This document shows, in pieces, positions 1 to 11,113 of a stretch of 20,000 nucleotides of DNA. Made by a program: the position numbers and the translations under genes. The stretch comes from Welwitschia mirabilis (lineage: Eukaryota), in contig JBOZIK010000001.1 of NCBI GenBank assembly GCA_051453625.1, positions 22,167,910 to 22,187,909 of the forward strand, in the 5' to 3' direction. Every line of letters starts with the position of its first letter. The stretch's first letter is position 1. Below the pieces are notes generated by a model that saw only the letters and a list, made by a program, of their open reading frames with translations, searched no databases and was not told the origin of the DNA.

Positions 1-2850
1 ATTACTAAAGGATAAATGTTTTAAATTATTACAAATAAATACCAAAAAAATTGACTTGTTCTGCGTTATAACTAACTTGATTTTTCGTACCTCAAGTTCT
101 TAAAGTAAAATCAACCAAACCTTGTTTGATAGTTTCTTTAAGGAAAACCATTTCTTTATAGTGCTTTATTATCATCCTTCATAGTTACAAAATATTAAAC
201 AAATATTTTTACACCAAGTAGTAACACCTTTCAAAATTACATAAAACTTAAAAAGGAGGTTATACCAATAATGAATGTGATACTCACTTAGATTACACAA
301 AGCATAAACTGTATGCTAACTTTATTATAAAAGCGATAATTCCCAAGTTTGCACTTAAAAAGAAAAAAAGAAAGAAAGGAAAAAAATAAAAAATAAAAAT
401 AAAACATACATTGAAATGCAAATAAAAGTCAAGAAAATCTAGTATATATATATATACCTCAAGTAAGTAATATTAAAATCAAGTTACTCATGTAATGGTA
501 ATCAATCTTCTAATTGTAAATGCTTCTCTTATAACAATGCTCGAAAATCATCTCTTAGGCATGAATTATCAATATTTATTCACTTTTTAACTAAACCTAT
601 AATATTAAAACATGACAAATACTAGTTTAGTATGTAACCAAAATATCATAAACTAGTAAAGCAAACAAAGGACCATTGGAAGATTAATTCATTTGGGAAA
701 AAAGGGCATATTAATATTTTTGATATTTTTAATAACTAAAGAAGAAATCAATAATGTATAGATAAAATACAATGTAATGAAAATAATAATGAAATGTCTT
801 AAAGGTAATCAATTAACTAATTTACTAATGTGTTATTATCCAAGTTAATCCTCATTGTCTATATCAAGATCACATTCACTCTAGAGCAGTATTAAATTGA
901 CATCAACATAAAGTATAATGAAGATATGAAGATAGAATTTAAGAAATAACACATTTGATTTTATCAATTTCAATTTCAATTATACCCACTTACAAATAGT
1001 GGTTTATCAATGGGTGAAACATAGTTCAAAGACAAGGATAACTTCCTTCTAAAGTAGTTGGATACCTTGTTTAAAATATTCTAATGTCATAAAATACTTT
1101 AATGCAAAGAATGATGAAGAAATGGGACACCCATAGTTTAAATAAGTAGCAGGTAAATAGTAGATGAATGATTAAAATATAAATATAATAATAGATGTAA
1201 TGATTATTGATGATAGATGGTCAATTATGTTTACTAATTAATAAGGATGGTTACATTTAAGTAATAGATAAAAGTAATCATTCATTAATAATTACCAATT
1301 GAGCTTCTTGGAATCTCATGGTAGATAAAATCTAGTGGTAGGAAGTACCTAGTAGAAGGTAGAATTTGGTGGTAGGTCATCATCTCCTCCCTCATATGAC
1401 TACCATTTAGATGACCTCTTGAAATCCTCTAAAATTTCTCGTTTTCTTTTCAAATTATGCTAGATTCTTTGTCTTTGGTCCTTAATATTAAAAAGGTTTA
1501 ATTTAATTATTAAGCCTTCTAAAAGCACCTAAAATCATGCTCAAAACTATTATCAAATATGATCAAGTTGGATGTTCATCAATATCTTATTGTAAAAACA
1601 AGTTATTTCATTAATAATTATAACTTTAAGATTACCAAAGTAGGATAGAATATGTTCTTTTAAAGATCTCGTAATAACTTTAGCATCATCATTTCTAGTT
1701 TGAAAGCTTCACATTAAGAAGTAATGTAATCTATACAAACCAATATATAAATATGTTAAAGATGGAAGAAATGGTCCTATGAAATCTATACTATAGAAAT
1801 TAAATGATTTAATCTCAAGAACAAATGAAAGAGACAATCTCAAATACATGTAAAAGCGAAATCATGTCTTTCTTTCTAATGCTTTCTAAAAATTGACATT
1901 TATTATAGTATTTATAATATTCATAGGTATTTTAAAAATAGTTTATACAGTCCAGATTGAAGGATTTTATAAAAGCTCATTTTGATGATAAAGTGACCCC
2001 CACATATCCTATCATGTATGAATCATAAGATTTTTAAAGTTTTAAATTATGAAATGAATATGTGAATGATTTCATCAGGATAGTATTTAAAAAGATAAGG
2101 GTTATTCCATAAGTACTTACTTCATGCAAGAACATCTTTTTATTTTATTTGTTCTAGTAAATGGGCAGTTTATGTGTAACAAGATAATTGACTATATTGA
2201 TGTACCAAGGTTCCTCTTATAGGACAAGAAGGTTCCTATTGGGGAATGGCTTCTTTATGAAAATCAAAGTTGATGGAGGTATGGAGAAAGGTCTAATGCA
2301 AGATAATTAATTAGAAACTAGTTTTTCATTTTCTTTTATTATTGACCTTAATGTCAAATTATTATGGGAGCATTATCTAGATAATTAATCTAGCCTTACA
2401 ATCCTGCTTATTTAATAAGTAATCAGGAGTAGAATGATCAATAAATTTGATAGTTTTTTCACTAATAGTTTAATTTTTAAAGGTGAAAATTACTATTAGA
2501 AGTTATTTTTTAGCTTTTTAATTCCTTGTAATGTTTTCATTTGATATTAAATACAATAGGATTTCCCATTTCTTCATTAACCTAAGGTGGATCCTATAAC
2601 ATAGTTATTTGTATTCCATAACATCTAAAAAGGAAGGGAATAGTCTATTGATTACATGATAGAAGAATAAATAAATATATATTTTAGTTTATCAAAGGAA
2701 TTAGTGCATCTAGAATTTTGCTCAAGAAAAAGACCTTTACAAGAAGACTACTTAAGGTTTTGGAGATTTTGGATAAATCTTAAATAAATATTCTATAATA
2801 ACTAGTAACATATTTAACATTCTTAGAAGGGAAAATATGAGTGATAAGCT
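1..2850 (+). pseudogene. Highly divergent Athila-type (Ty3/gypsy) pol relic: protease C-terminus, linker, RT-like and RNaseH-like segments; integrase core not recognisable
   Basis: Manual translation of frame +1 gives motifs in canonical order: FL*GKPFLYSA (133-165; cf. ILGRPFLATA), GPLED (670-684; cf. DPLE), NKDGYI*VIDKSNHSLIITN*ASWNLMVDK (1240-1329; cf. KKGGITVV.NEKNELIPTRTVTGWR.CIDY), GHHLLPHM (cf. DHFPLPF), LLKAPKIMLKTI (cf. GLCNAPATFQRCM), DYQSRIEYVL (cf. CL.NLE.VL), EIMSFF (cf. IRSFLG), PIMYES*DF*SFKL*NEYVNDFIRIVF (cf. API...PDW..PFELMCDASDYAVGAVL). Stop density (~48 in 520 codons, my count) is near random for this base composition, so the call rests on motif order only. Confidence 0.5.
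443..456. repeat. (TA)7 microsatellite
   Basis: tatatatatatata, downstream of an A-rich tract at ~357-405. Confidence 0.9.
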
Positions 2851-2969
2851 AAACCTTAGCAACATTCATTTCTATCCTATTCTTAAAAATCAAAAGTTCT
2901 AAAGCTATACCCTTTAAACCATGAAATTAGACTTCTCTTAATTGAGAATAATGTTTTTCTCTTTGTAGT

Positions 2970-3088
2970 TAATAGGTAAAAATAATGATGTAAATTTTTA
3001 TTATTAATAAAATATTTTTGTACTTATAATTATATATTTTAGATGGTATTTAATATTTCTTCTTTAGTATTTAGGTTAATATACTAAT
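2970..3088 (+). repeat. Diverged copy of the 5' end of the LTR at 5148, running into an N-gap
   Basis: taataggtaaaaataatgatgtaaatttttattattaataaaat...agatggtatttaatatttcttctttagtatttaggttaatatacta aligns with tgatgagaactcatattaatgtaaattttacttattaatgaaat...agatggtattagatattttttagtaattaagttaatatacta (5148-5241). Confidence 0.7.
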
Positions 3089-3259
3089 NNNNNNNNNNNN
3101 NNNNNNNNNNNNNNNNNNNNNNNNNNNNNNNNNNNNNNNNNNNNNNNNNNNNNNNNNNNNNNNNNNNNNNNNNNNNNNNNNNNNNNNNAGTGCATATTTT
3201 TCATTCTTTCTTTTATTCTAGTTTATTTTTTAGTTATTTTTTTCATATATCTTATAAAA

Positions 3260-4950
3260 ATGATCAAAAAAGAGTCAGTTGGTACTTCTAAAGGAAAAGA
3301 ACAAGCTTTAGAATAAAAAAGATCACAATATGAGCCTCAGTTCTATTATTAGGTAACAAGCAAAAGATATAAAACATGGTTAAGAAATTCCATTATTTTA
3401 AAAAGAACTCTTGGTTTTTAGAGGCATCATTGAAATTATCTTATTTCATATTTTACTTAAGTTAGATGAAGACTAGAGTATTTTAGATCTTATTATGAAA
3501 GAATTCTATACTAACATACACAAAATAGATGATAACATAGGTTCCTTCAAAACAAAAATTAGAAGTACTTCTTTGCACGTCATTCCTGGTTTTGTCAATT
3601 TATTATTTAGCATAGATGATTTGAATGTTCCTCAAATTTATGCACATTCATTTAAAGAAAATTTCAATTCTAGAGTTATCATTATGTGAAGAAGAAATAT
3701 GAGTAATGTTTTATTTGGACACACTACAATGAATTTTGAAGATAACATGGAGAGAAAAGATATGATTCTAGATGTCTCTATTCTTAGTTTAATCACGTTT
3801 TATAATATCTTGATTAGAGAAGGTAGTTTTAATTACTATAAACCTATGCATGCCTTTACTGTTTACTATTTGCTTACTGGATTAAAGATATATTTTGGTT
3901 TTATATTATGAATAGATATTATCTCTCTATTTTACAAGGATTAGACTTTTGATTACCTTTGTCTTATTAGTTTGATTATTAGTAGCACCAATATAGCAGT
4001 ACCATAGGTAAATCTTATCTGATAGAAGAAAGCACTAGTAGAGTTTAGTAAAAAACCAAAGAGTACCAGTGCCACCAGGTGAGGGCACAAGAAAGAGGCC
4101 TTCATAGTTTTAGTGATCTTATTGTATTACTACTCACAGCTCTTCATCTATTAAAAGGGTACTAAAGGTAATAGTTAAAATGGTTAGTAAAATTGCCATA
4201 AATTTATTAAAGTTAAAAAAACATAAGTCCATAGCAAGTAAGGGTGAGATACTAGTAGAAAGATGGGAATCCATAAGCACTCCTACATGGTCATATTTAA
4301 AGGGATAAACAAAATAAGAAAATGCATCTATAACTTCATATGGCACAAGACATGACTCAAGAAAAGTAGCTAATAGTGATTCTATAAAGGAGTTATTAGG
4401 AGGTGAGACATAAGCTTAGGGGGAATACCAAGCTTCTACATAGGCTTAAGTGTAAGAAAAACAATAGGATTTAGTACTTTTATAACAAAGCCCACAACAA
4501 GAGATAGAGTCTAATAGCTCAGATGCACTACCTCTTATCCTCTGCCATCCACATCATAAGATTTTAATTCACCATCTTACATAGCCACCATGACCTTCTA
4601 GATCCTCTTCATCATCACACCTAACTTCTTTACCTTCATTGCATTCACCATCATCATTGCCATCTCACGTTGAGTCCATTTAGATATCACCCATTTATAT
4701 TGTGGAATTACCACCATTATTCATTGAAAAAACCATAGGCAGTTTCTTTGGGACATCCATCACTCCTTAAATGTATCAAGTTTTAAGAAGATAAACTCAT
4801 GAAGGCCCATGTGAGACATCTCAGTGCCCCTTTACAAAACACCATACTTCATCACATTTATATGCCTCATTCTATACCTAACAAACCTCCACCACATATG
4901 ATAGTGATAACAATAGTAATAAATAAGGATAAGGCATGTATTATACAAGT
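3260..4950 (+). pseudogene. Decayed env-like/extra ORF of an LTR retrotransposon (putative plant transposon protein, Transposase_32-like domain, found in SIRE and Athila)
   Basis: GTSKGKEQA near the start; KRYKTWLRNSIILKR; DLIMKEFYTNIH...FKTKIRSTSLHVIPGFVNLLF (ORF 3495-3689; cf. LVREFYAN...VRG..I...P..IN..L); ITFYNILIREGSFNYYKPMHAFTVYYLLTGLKIYFGFIL (ORF 3699-3911; cf. NLLP..G....V....A.L.Y.I..G..ID.G..I); Ser/Pro-rich tail PSRSSSSSHLTSLPSLHSPSSLPSHVES at ~4594-4677. The 3' end is approximate. Confidence 0.7.
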
Positions 4951-4989
4951 GATTCTACTCTCAGTGATTGGATTCTTTTATTTGCTATT

Positions 4990-5004
4990 CAAAAAGGGGG
5001 AGAA
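4990..5004 (+). other. Polypurine tract of Sirevirus type
   Basis: CAAAAAGGGGGAGAA contains the AGGGGGAG octamer characteristic of Sirevirus PPTs and lies just downstream of the env-like relic. Confidence 0.5.
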
Positions 5005-5147
5005 CTTTTGGTAAATTAGTTTCATTTAATTGGGTACATTAGCTAGAGGACATCCTATTAGAAATGAAGTTCTTGTCTTTAAGATGTTAGATTAAATTCC
5101 TGAGTAATATCATTATTTATTAATAATCAATTTTAATGTTTAACACA

Positions 5148-6084
5148 TGATGAGAACTCATATTAATGTAAATTTTACTTATTAATGAAATGTTTTTCTA
5201 GATGGTATTAGATATTTTTTAGTAATTAAGTTAATATACTAGATAATCAATAGGCTAGTTAGTTAGTATATTCGTATGTTAGCATATATATTGTATCATT
5301 ATGTTGCAGGCACAAAATTCCATTTGGTATGAGGATGAGGGGGAAGGTTAAGGTGGTACAAAAAGCAATAACTTCAACCTCAACCCGTTCATCAAGAGTG
5401 AAAAAAGGAAACATCAAAACAGAAAGGGTTAAAGGGTATAAAAATGGAATCACCATGGATAGAGGGGATCTGTTAGTAAAAAGGCTTTAGAAATAGAACT
5501 AATAAAGAGGTCAAAGGAAAGCTTCCAACATCCTAAAAAGGGCATAATACCATCTCTAATTTTTTAATGTTATTTGCCAAGGAAAATACAAACTTATTAG
5601 TATATTTCTGTGTAACATTCTAGTATTTTAATATAGCTAAAAAGCTAATATTTTTGAGAAGTATTGGAAACATGTTTTATTACTTGAAAAGGTAATATTC
5701 TATTTTAATTGCTCCTATTTGTATAGCTAAACATGGATTAGGATAATTATCAATAATTAAAAATAATTATTGTGTAGCATTTAGTAAAACTTCGAGTATG
5801 TTTCTCCATTTTCTTCATTTCCCATAATGTAATATATGTATATAGAAAACTTTATTAATTATCAACCTGATTAGTTTAAGTAACTTCGTCATGAGAATAT
5901 TTTGATGATGCATTTTGAACTAAATGATTGAAGTACTAATGGTCTCAACTAGTTATTTAGTAAATCTTTGATTTTAATTTAATGGTTTAAGCTTATTTTA
6001 GATTAACAACATCATAGTTTTTTGCATTTTTTAGCATAATTTATTAATTTTTTTGTATTTATTTTATAATATAAGATTTCATCA
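5148..6084 (+). repeat. LTR (937 bp) of the Athila-like element
   Basis: Termini TGATGA(GAAC)...(TT)TCATCA form a 6-bp inverted repeat. The right end lies 3 nt before the PBS. Candidate TATA (TATAAAA) at 5437-5443. The left boundary is less certain than the right. Confidence 0.75.
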
Positions 6085-6087
6085 TTT

Positions 6088-6107
6088 TGCTGCTAGAAGG
6101 AGGGCTC
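6088..6107 (+). other. Primer-binding site complementary to the 3' end of plant tRNA-Asn(GUU)
   Basis: TGCTGCTAGAAGGAGGGCTC versus expected TGGCGCTAGAAGGAGGGCTC (18/20; tRNA 3' end ...GAGCCCUCCUUCUAGCG-CCA recalled from memory). It sits directly after ...CATCA-ttt. Confidence 0.8.
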
Positions 6108-6270
6108 TCCTAAAGCCAAATAGTAGAGATTAAAAAGTCTACAATTCAATAGGATAGTCAAGAAAAATGGCAGGATGAGAGATGTAGGTTTATTAAGAAC
6201 ACTAAAAATATAATAGGGATGAGTAGACTAGAATTAAGATTAAAATAGAAATAGAAGAAGAATACTTTAT

Positions 6271-8470
6271 TATGGATGAAACCACTATTGCAAAGACTAT
6301 GAAAAAACAAATCTTTCCTAAACTAATGAGTGAAATAGAATAACGATTACTATTCTTCTCAAATCATCTATCACTTAAGCAGAATCTTCTTAAACAGTAA
6401 GATAAACAAACCTAAAAATAAATTTGTAGTAAGATGTTATTGGGAAGGTTATGGAGATCTAAAAATTTAAATTATGAAATTCATTGGGTAAAAGATTTAA
6501 CTCTTTTTAATCCTATAACCTTAGAATCCTAGAAAAAGTGAGAAATATAAATATAACATTAATATCCACTTTTGAAGGTAAGAAATTAGAACAAACTCTA
6601 CTACATTTAAGTTTATTTGATGCCTTCTCCAAAGCAATTACCTTAAATTAGAATCTGATTTTCTGAGGTATTTTCTTTTTTCTTTAGAAGGGGATGCTTA
6701 GCTTATAGAAATTGTAATCGTGCTTTTAGTTCATAGGGAACTCTTATGAATGATTTCTTAGCTAAATTTTAATCCATAAGGATAGTTGAAGATTTAAAAG
6801 ATAAAATTTTCAGTATTAAATAGAAAGATAATTAATGGTTTGATGAGGTCATGGATAGATATAATATATTATTAGCTAAATGTTCTAACCATTAAATTGC
6901 AACTCAAAACCAGTTAGAGCTTTACTTAGAGGATTAGAGAGTTAAACTGTAAAGGAATTAGACTTACTATGTAGAGAAAGCATCAAGAAAAATAATGTTT
7001 AAGAGGTAGGAGAAGCTATTACTCAGTTTTATAACATGCGTCAAGTATGGGGATAAAAAAAGTAAAAAGAAGAAAATAATAAATGAAGTATTTACCATAG
7101 AAGCATATGGTCGTATGTATAGTTCAAAGCATATCAGTCTTATGGAAGAATTAGCTTAAAAAGTGACTTATAGTATTATGGAAAAGCTTGATTAGTTAGC
7201 TATACAACACTTTAAAGAGGAAGAAGGACCTATATGCAAACATTGTGGAGAAGATAGTCATAAAGTAATATATTATCCATGGATGCAATAATTTGTTCTT
7301 TGGTTAGATATTAATAGATTAGATTTAAATATAGAAAATCAACATTAATTAAAGAAATAAATAAATACATATCCTTACCAGAGTAGAAAATAGTTAAAAA
7401 AGCCTTTACAAAAGTATGTAAATTATAAAGAAAAAAATAATATGATTATTATAGAAATTGAAGAAACAAATATTTAAAAGACATGAAATAAAAATCAGAG
7501 GCAGAGAAGAAAGAAGGAAAAATTCTTGCTTAATCTTAAACAAATCCAAGAAAAGCAACAAGTAAAGTAGTGGCTACTAGATTTATAAAATAGATGGTGA
7601 TAAATGAAGATAAAGGAAAAAACAAATTTGAATCGCTCTCCAGTTGATGAAGGATTAAATATAAGAAAGGAAGCACTGGTTAATACATCATCAAATCCTC
7701 TACCTTTGTAATGATAAGAAAATAAATAGAACATTCAAAAATTGAAATACATAGAATATTTAATAAAAGTTTTAGAAGATACAATAATATCATTACGTAT
7801 TTTAAAATTACTAAAACATATACCTATGTATTAGAAGAAAATGAAGAGTATGTACTTAAAACAAAGGAATAAAAAGGAAATTAAGAAGGTAAAACAAATT
7901 GAGATGGTTATACAAGATTAAATTTCTTAGGCTAACACACAAGTTCTTTAAAATAAAAAACATAAAAAGTATAATGATCCAGGAAGACCTATGATAGACA
8001 TAAAAATTGATCAAAAGCTCAAATCAAAAGCACTTGTAGCTTTATGAGAAAGTGTTAATGTGATGGCATATGAAACTTATAAGGAATTAGAAAAGCCAAA
8101 ATTAATACCTTACCAAGGAAAAATGTACCTAATAGATGGTTTAGTAGTAATACTAGAAGGAGTTCTAAAGGATATATCCATCAAACTTTAGGGATTTATC
8201 TACCTAATAGATTATTTAGTAATGAAGATCAAGGAGATACCAATGTAGTAATTGATCTTGGATGGCTACTATAGATGCTACTATTTACTTTAGGAAAGGG
8301 ATAACGGAAATTAGTCTAAGAGATCTTAAGAATGAGATTAAATTATCTGATGTAGTGATTGTATAGGTGATGGCACATAATACAAAGGCTATAAGTAATG
8401 TAATTTTTATACAAGAAGTTAGTATGATGTTAAATAAGCAAAATGAAGAAAAGTATGAAGAAGAAAATTT
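6271..8470 (+). pseudogene. gag-protease polyprotein relic (Retrotrans_gag, CCHC knuckle, aspartic protease), Athila type
   Basis: ITLISTFEGKKLEQTLLHL; FSLEGDA; LMNDFLAKF; DLKDKIFSIK*KDN*WFDEVMDRYNILLAKCSNH (cf. LR.EI..F.Q...ESL.EAWERFK.LL.KCPHH); CKHCGEDSHKVIYY at 7235-7276; KKYNDPGRPMIDIKI...KALVAL*ESVNVM (8027-8065; each change is one base from DLGAS); EGVLKDISIKL*GFIYLIDYLVM; MATIDATIYFRKG. Many stops; the start is approximate. Confidence 0.9.
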
Positions 8471-8477
8471 GACACTT

Positions 8478-9546
8478 CATTGTATACTATTTTTTTGCAT
8501 GTGTCTATTCACTATCTAGAAAAAGAACTTTGTGTTATGGTCCCCTTCTTTAAGCCATTATATTCTAGATCTCTATTTCCAATAAGTTTCTTCCTTTGAA
8601 GATATATCATGAATTTCAGAAATAAGATTTTTTTCATATCCTATATTTATATTGATAGTTTTATTATACTTTTAAAGAATGGTTAGCTATTCTAATAATT
8701 AATTCTTAATATTTATAGGGGAATCATTCAATTGCTTCTTATAAATAATTAACTTTTGTCTTAAAATTTTAAGCTTTTGAAATAATCTATAAATAGATGT
8801 ACCTTTCACTAGAGTATTTTACATATGTTTTATAAAATCAATGAAGTTTAAATCTTTCAATCATGATTGCTCGAATTAGAAGAGAGATTTCTTTTGAGGG
8901 GAGTCCATTGTTAGGATTATAGGCTTGTAATCAGAGAAAAATCTAATTTTTGCTGCAAGGAAAAAATGCTTATTTTAGTTTTTAACCAAACATCTATCAA
9001 TTCTAGACATGACAAGATTTCCTTCTCCAAATTACTCCAGGTATAAAAATCGCCATGAAGAGGAAGATCTCTATAACCATAGTTATTTACACATATAGTA
9101 AAAAGATTAATAATAGAAAGATTAGGGACATTATCAAGTTTCTCATAAGAGATCTGATTAAAGTTATCCATGATGATATCTGGAGAGTCTAACATAATGT
9201 GCTGCAAGCATTAAAGACTTTGATCTAGTTTCTGNNNNNNNNNNATAGAAATTTGTGATTCTTTTCTTTTTCATTGAACATCTAATCGATGATGAGATTA
9301 TTGTTGCTCTTACTAAAAGTAGAAATGGTACCATCCTTTTAAATGTCATCAATCTCCTTTTATACCCATACTCAAAACTAAAATAAAGAATCAAGAGAAT
9401 TTTGTATAAAAATGGCTAATTTTTAGAGAGTAAAGCTTATTTTCTTAAAGAAGACACATATACACTAGTGACTCCATCAAGAGAATCCAAAGATAGAAAA
9501 TTTTTTAGTCATTCCCAAGGTCTTCTCAATTGTAGGAAATAATCAT
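8478..9546 (-). pseudogene. L1 ORF2 N-terminus: APE-like endonuclease and linker
   Basis: MIISYN..DLGN at 9546 (cf. WNCRGLG); MCLL*ENKL (cf. LQETK); IMDNFNQI (cf. GDFN) and DLPLHGDFYTWSN (ORF 8917-9207); KLKILR; EETYWK*RSRI*WLKEGDHNTKFFF (~8520-8595; cf. QRSR..WL..GD.NTKFFH). Confidence 0.9.
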
Positions 9547-9569
9547 GAAAATAAGACTTGAGATTGCTT

Positions 9570-10700
9570 ACCATATCAGATGTACTTTTTAGTCTTTTTT
9601 TTAATCTTGCCTTTTTGGGTATTCATTCTTATTCTTCTATTTATCCACTTTCCCAATTTTGTTAGCTGCCAGTACATTCGCAATGTGCTCATCAACACTA
9701 TTTTTACTCTCTTCATGATCCTGTCCCATTTTCATCTATGTTTACTGCTACAATTGCCACTATGATAATGTATCTAGAACATTGTAAACATCCACTGTGT
9801 ACTTCTACTCAACCCTTTCATAGTTATTTTCTATTTCTTTTTCTATCATCTATTCTAGTTACTCTTTTAATAGAATGTCATATTTGTTTGCTTGCATGAT
9901 GGAATCATTGTTTAGAATGGAAGCTAACTTCTTTTTCCTATTTTTCCTAATTTCTTGCCAATCATTCTTTTCTATCTTTTCATTTTTCTTATATTTTTAC
10001 ATTGTATGACCATTTTCTCTGCATTTTAAACATTGTAATAGAATATTTTCAATCTTAAGATTAAAGACCGATTCCCCCAACATAATGTCCAAGATTTTTT
10101 TTTTTTTTTTTTTGCATTGAAACTATTTGGTTTCATGTAAATACATATTCTAATCATCATCACTTTTTCCATAAGATCTATATTTTTGTCTAGTTTAACA
10201 AACTCCCCTAACGTATCTTGAAATTATTAGATTAAAAACAAGGGGGTCATATTTCTAAATGAGGTTTGAAATATGAATCCAAATTGGAATTTTTTTAAAA
10301 ATAGAGGGCTTACCAAGAATAAAATAAAATCATTTTGTTAAATCTAGATCTCTATGACCAAAAAAATAGGACCATCCTACCAAAACCTTATTCATATCTT
10401 TTTCCATATTAAAAATAAAATGTAATAATTCATCTCTCACAGGAATTACTTTACAACTTGTAGAAAATTTTTGGTCACACCATGAAGGCATTTTTTATGA
10501 ATAAAAGTCCTCCTAAAGATTAGAATATACCAATAAGAATGTTTTCGATTTAATCCTCCAAATGCTTAAAGTAGTTCATAAACATCTTTGCATGTAAGAT
10601 GTCATCTTTGCACTTTGAAGCCAAAGTCCAAGTTAGGAAAACTTTTAATTCCTCCTACTGATTTTGCATAAGATTTCATACTAGAGGATTCTATGGCCAT
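9570..10700 (-). pseudogene. L1 ORF1 relic (DUF4283 plus zf-CCHC_4 type)
   Basis: MKSYAKSV; FIFNMEKDMNKVLVGWSYF (cf. F.F....D...VL..GPW.F); KIPIWIHISNL; TLGEFVKLDKN..MIRICIYM; KIENILLQCLKCRENGHTM*KY at ~9990-10055 (CX2CX4HX4[C>Y]). Ends are approximate. Confidence 0.85.
10095..10113. repeat. T19 homopolymer inside the L1 ORF1 relic
   Basis: Run of 19 T with ORF1 motifs collinear on both sides. Confidence 0.9.
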
Positions 10701-11099
10701 TAAAGAGCTAAAAGCACTTCCACTACCTTGAATACCTCAAATTCACTTGAGCTCATCCTTTCAGGTTGTTGAAATTTATGAGTTATTGATTAAAAAACCT
10801 TTCCTTAGGGTAGAAACATTAATATGAGATTTAAGCATATTTTACTCTATGCTTTTGGGCCTTTATGACATAAAGTGCCATCAAAGAGTTAACCAATGTG
10901 GCATACCAAAAAATCTAAAGCCACCTTAGAAGATCTCTGACAAAAGAACCCTTACACAAGATACCTGCCAAAGAGATGAACATGCTAGCCCATTGAAGAT
11001 GCACAAGAATTAGCTAAGAAAACACCTCTTGAACTGCCACCATGCTTCTTAAAGTAAAATCCTATATTTACTATTTTTCTCTGCACCTACATGTCCTTA

Positions 11100-11113
11100 C
11101 CCCCCCCCCCCCC
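11100..11113. repeat. C14 homopolymer
   Basis: Run of 14 C. Confidence 0.9.

Larger units (their letters stand above)
5148..8470 (+). mobile_element. Athila-like Ty3/gypsy LTR retrotransposon, 5' half (LTR-PBS-gag-protease), 3'-truncated
   Basis: LTR, PBS, gag, zinc knuckle and aspartic protease occur in the expected order. Homology stops at ~8470, where an antisense L1 fragment begins. Confidence 0.85.
8478..10700 (-). mobile_element. L1-clade LINE copy A (ORF1 plus 5' part of ORF2), lacking RT and 3' end; 5' region may extend to ~11150
   Basis: ORF1 and ORF2 relics are in tandem on the minus strand. The EN region is clearly homologous to 14322-15015. Confidence 0.88.

Noticed and set aside
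800..2850. Endogenous virus (caulimovirid or RNA virus) ORF
   Set aside because: No viral hallmark motifs were recognised, and the weak motifs fit Athila pol order better. Not formally excluded without a profile search.
6088..6107. tRNA gene
   Set aside because: Only ~20 nt complementary to a tRNA 3' end, with no cloverleaf. It is a PBS.
10095..10113. T19 as a LINE/SINE poly(A) tail
   Set aside because: ORF1 motifs are collinear on both sides, so this is slippage expansion of a short A-run.
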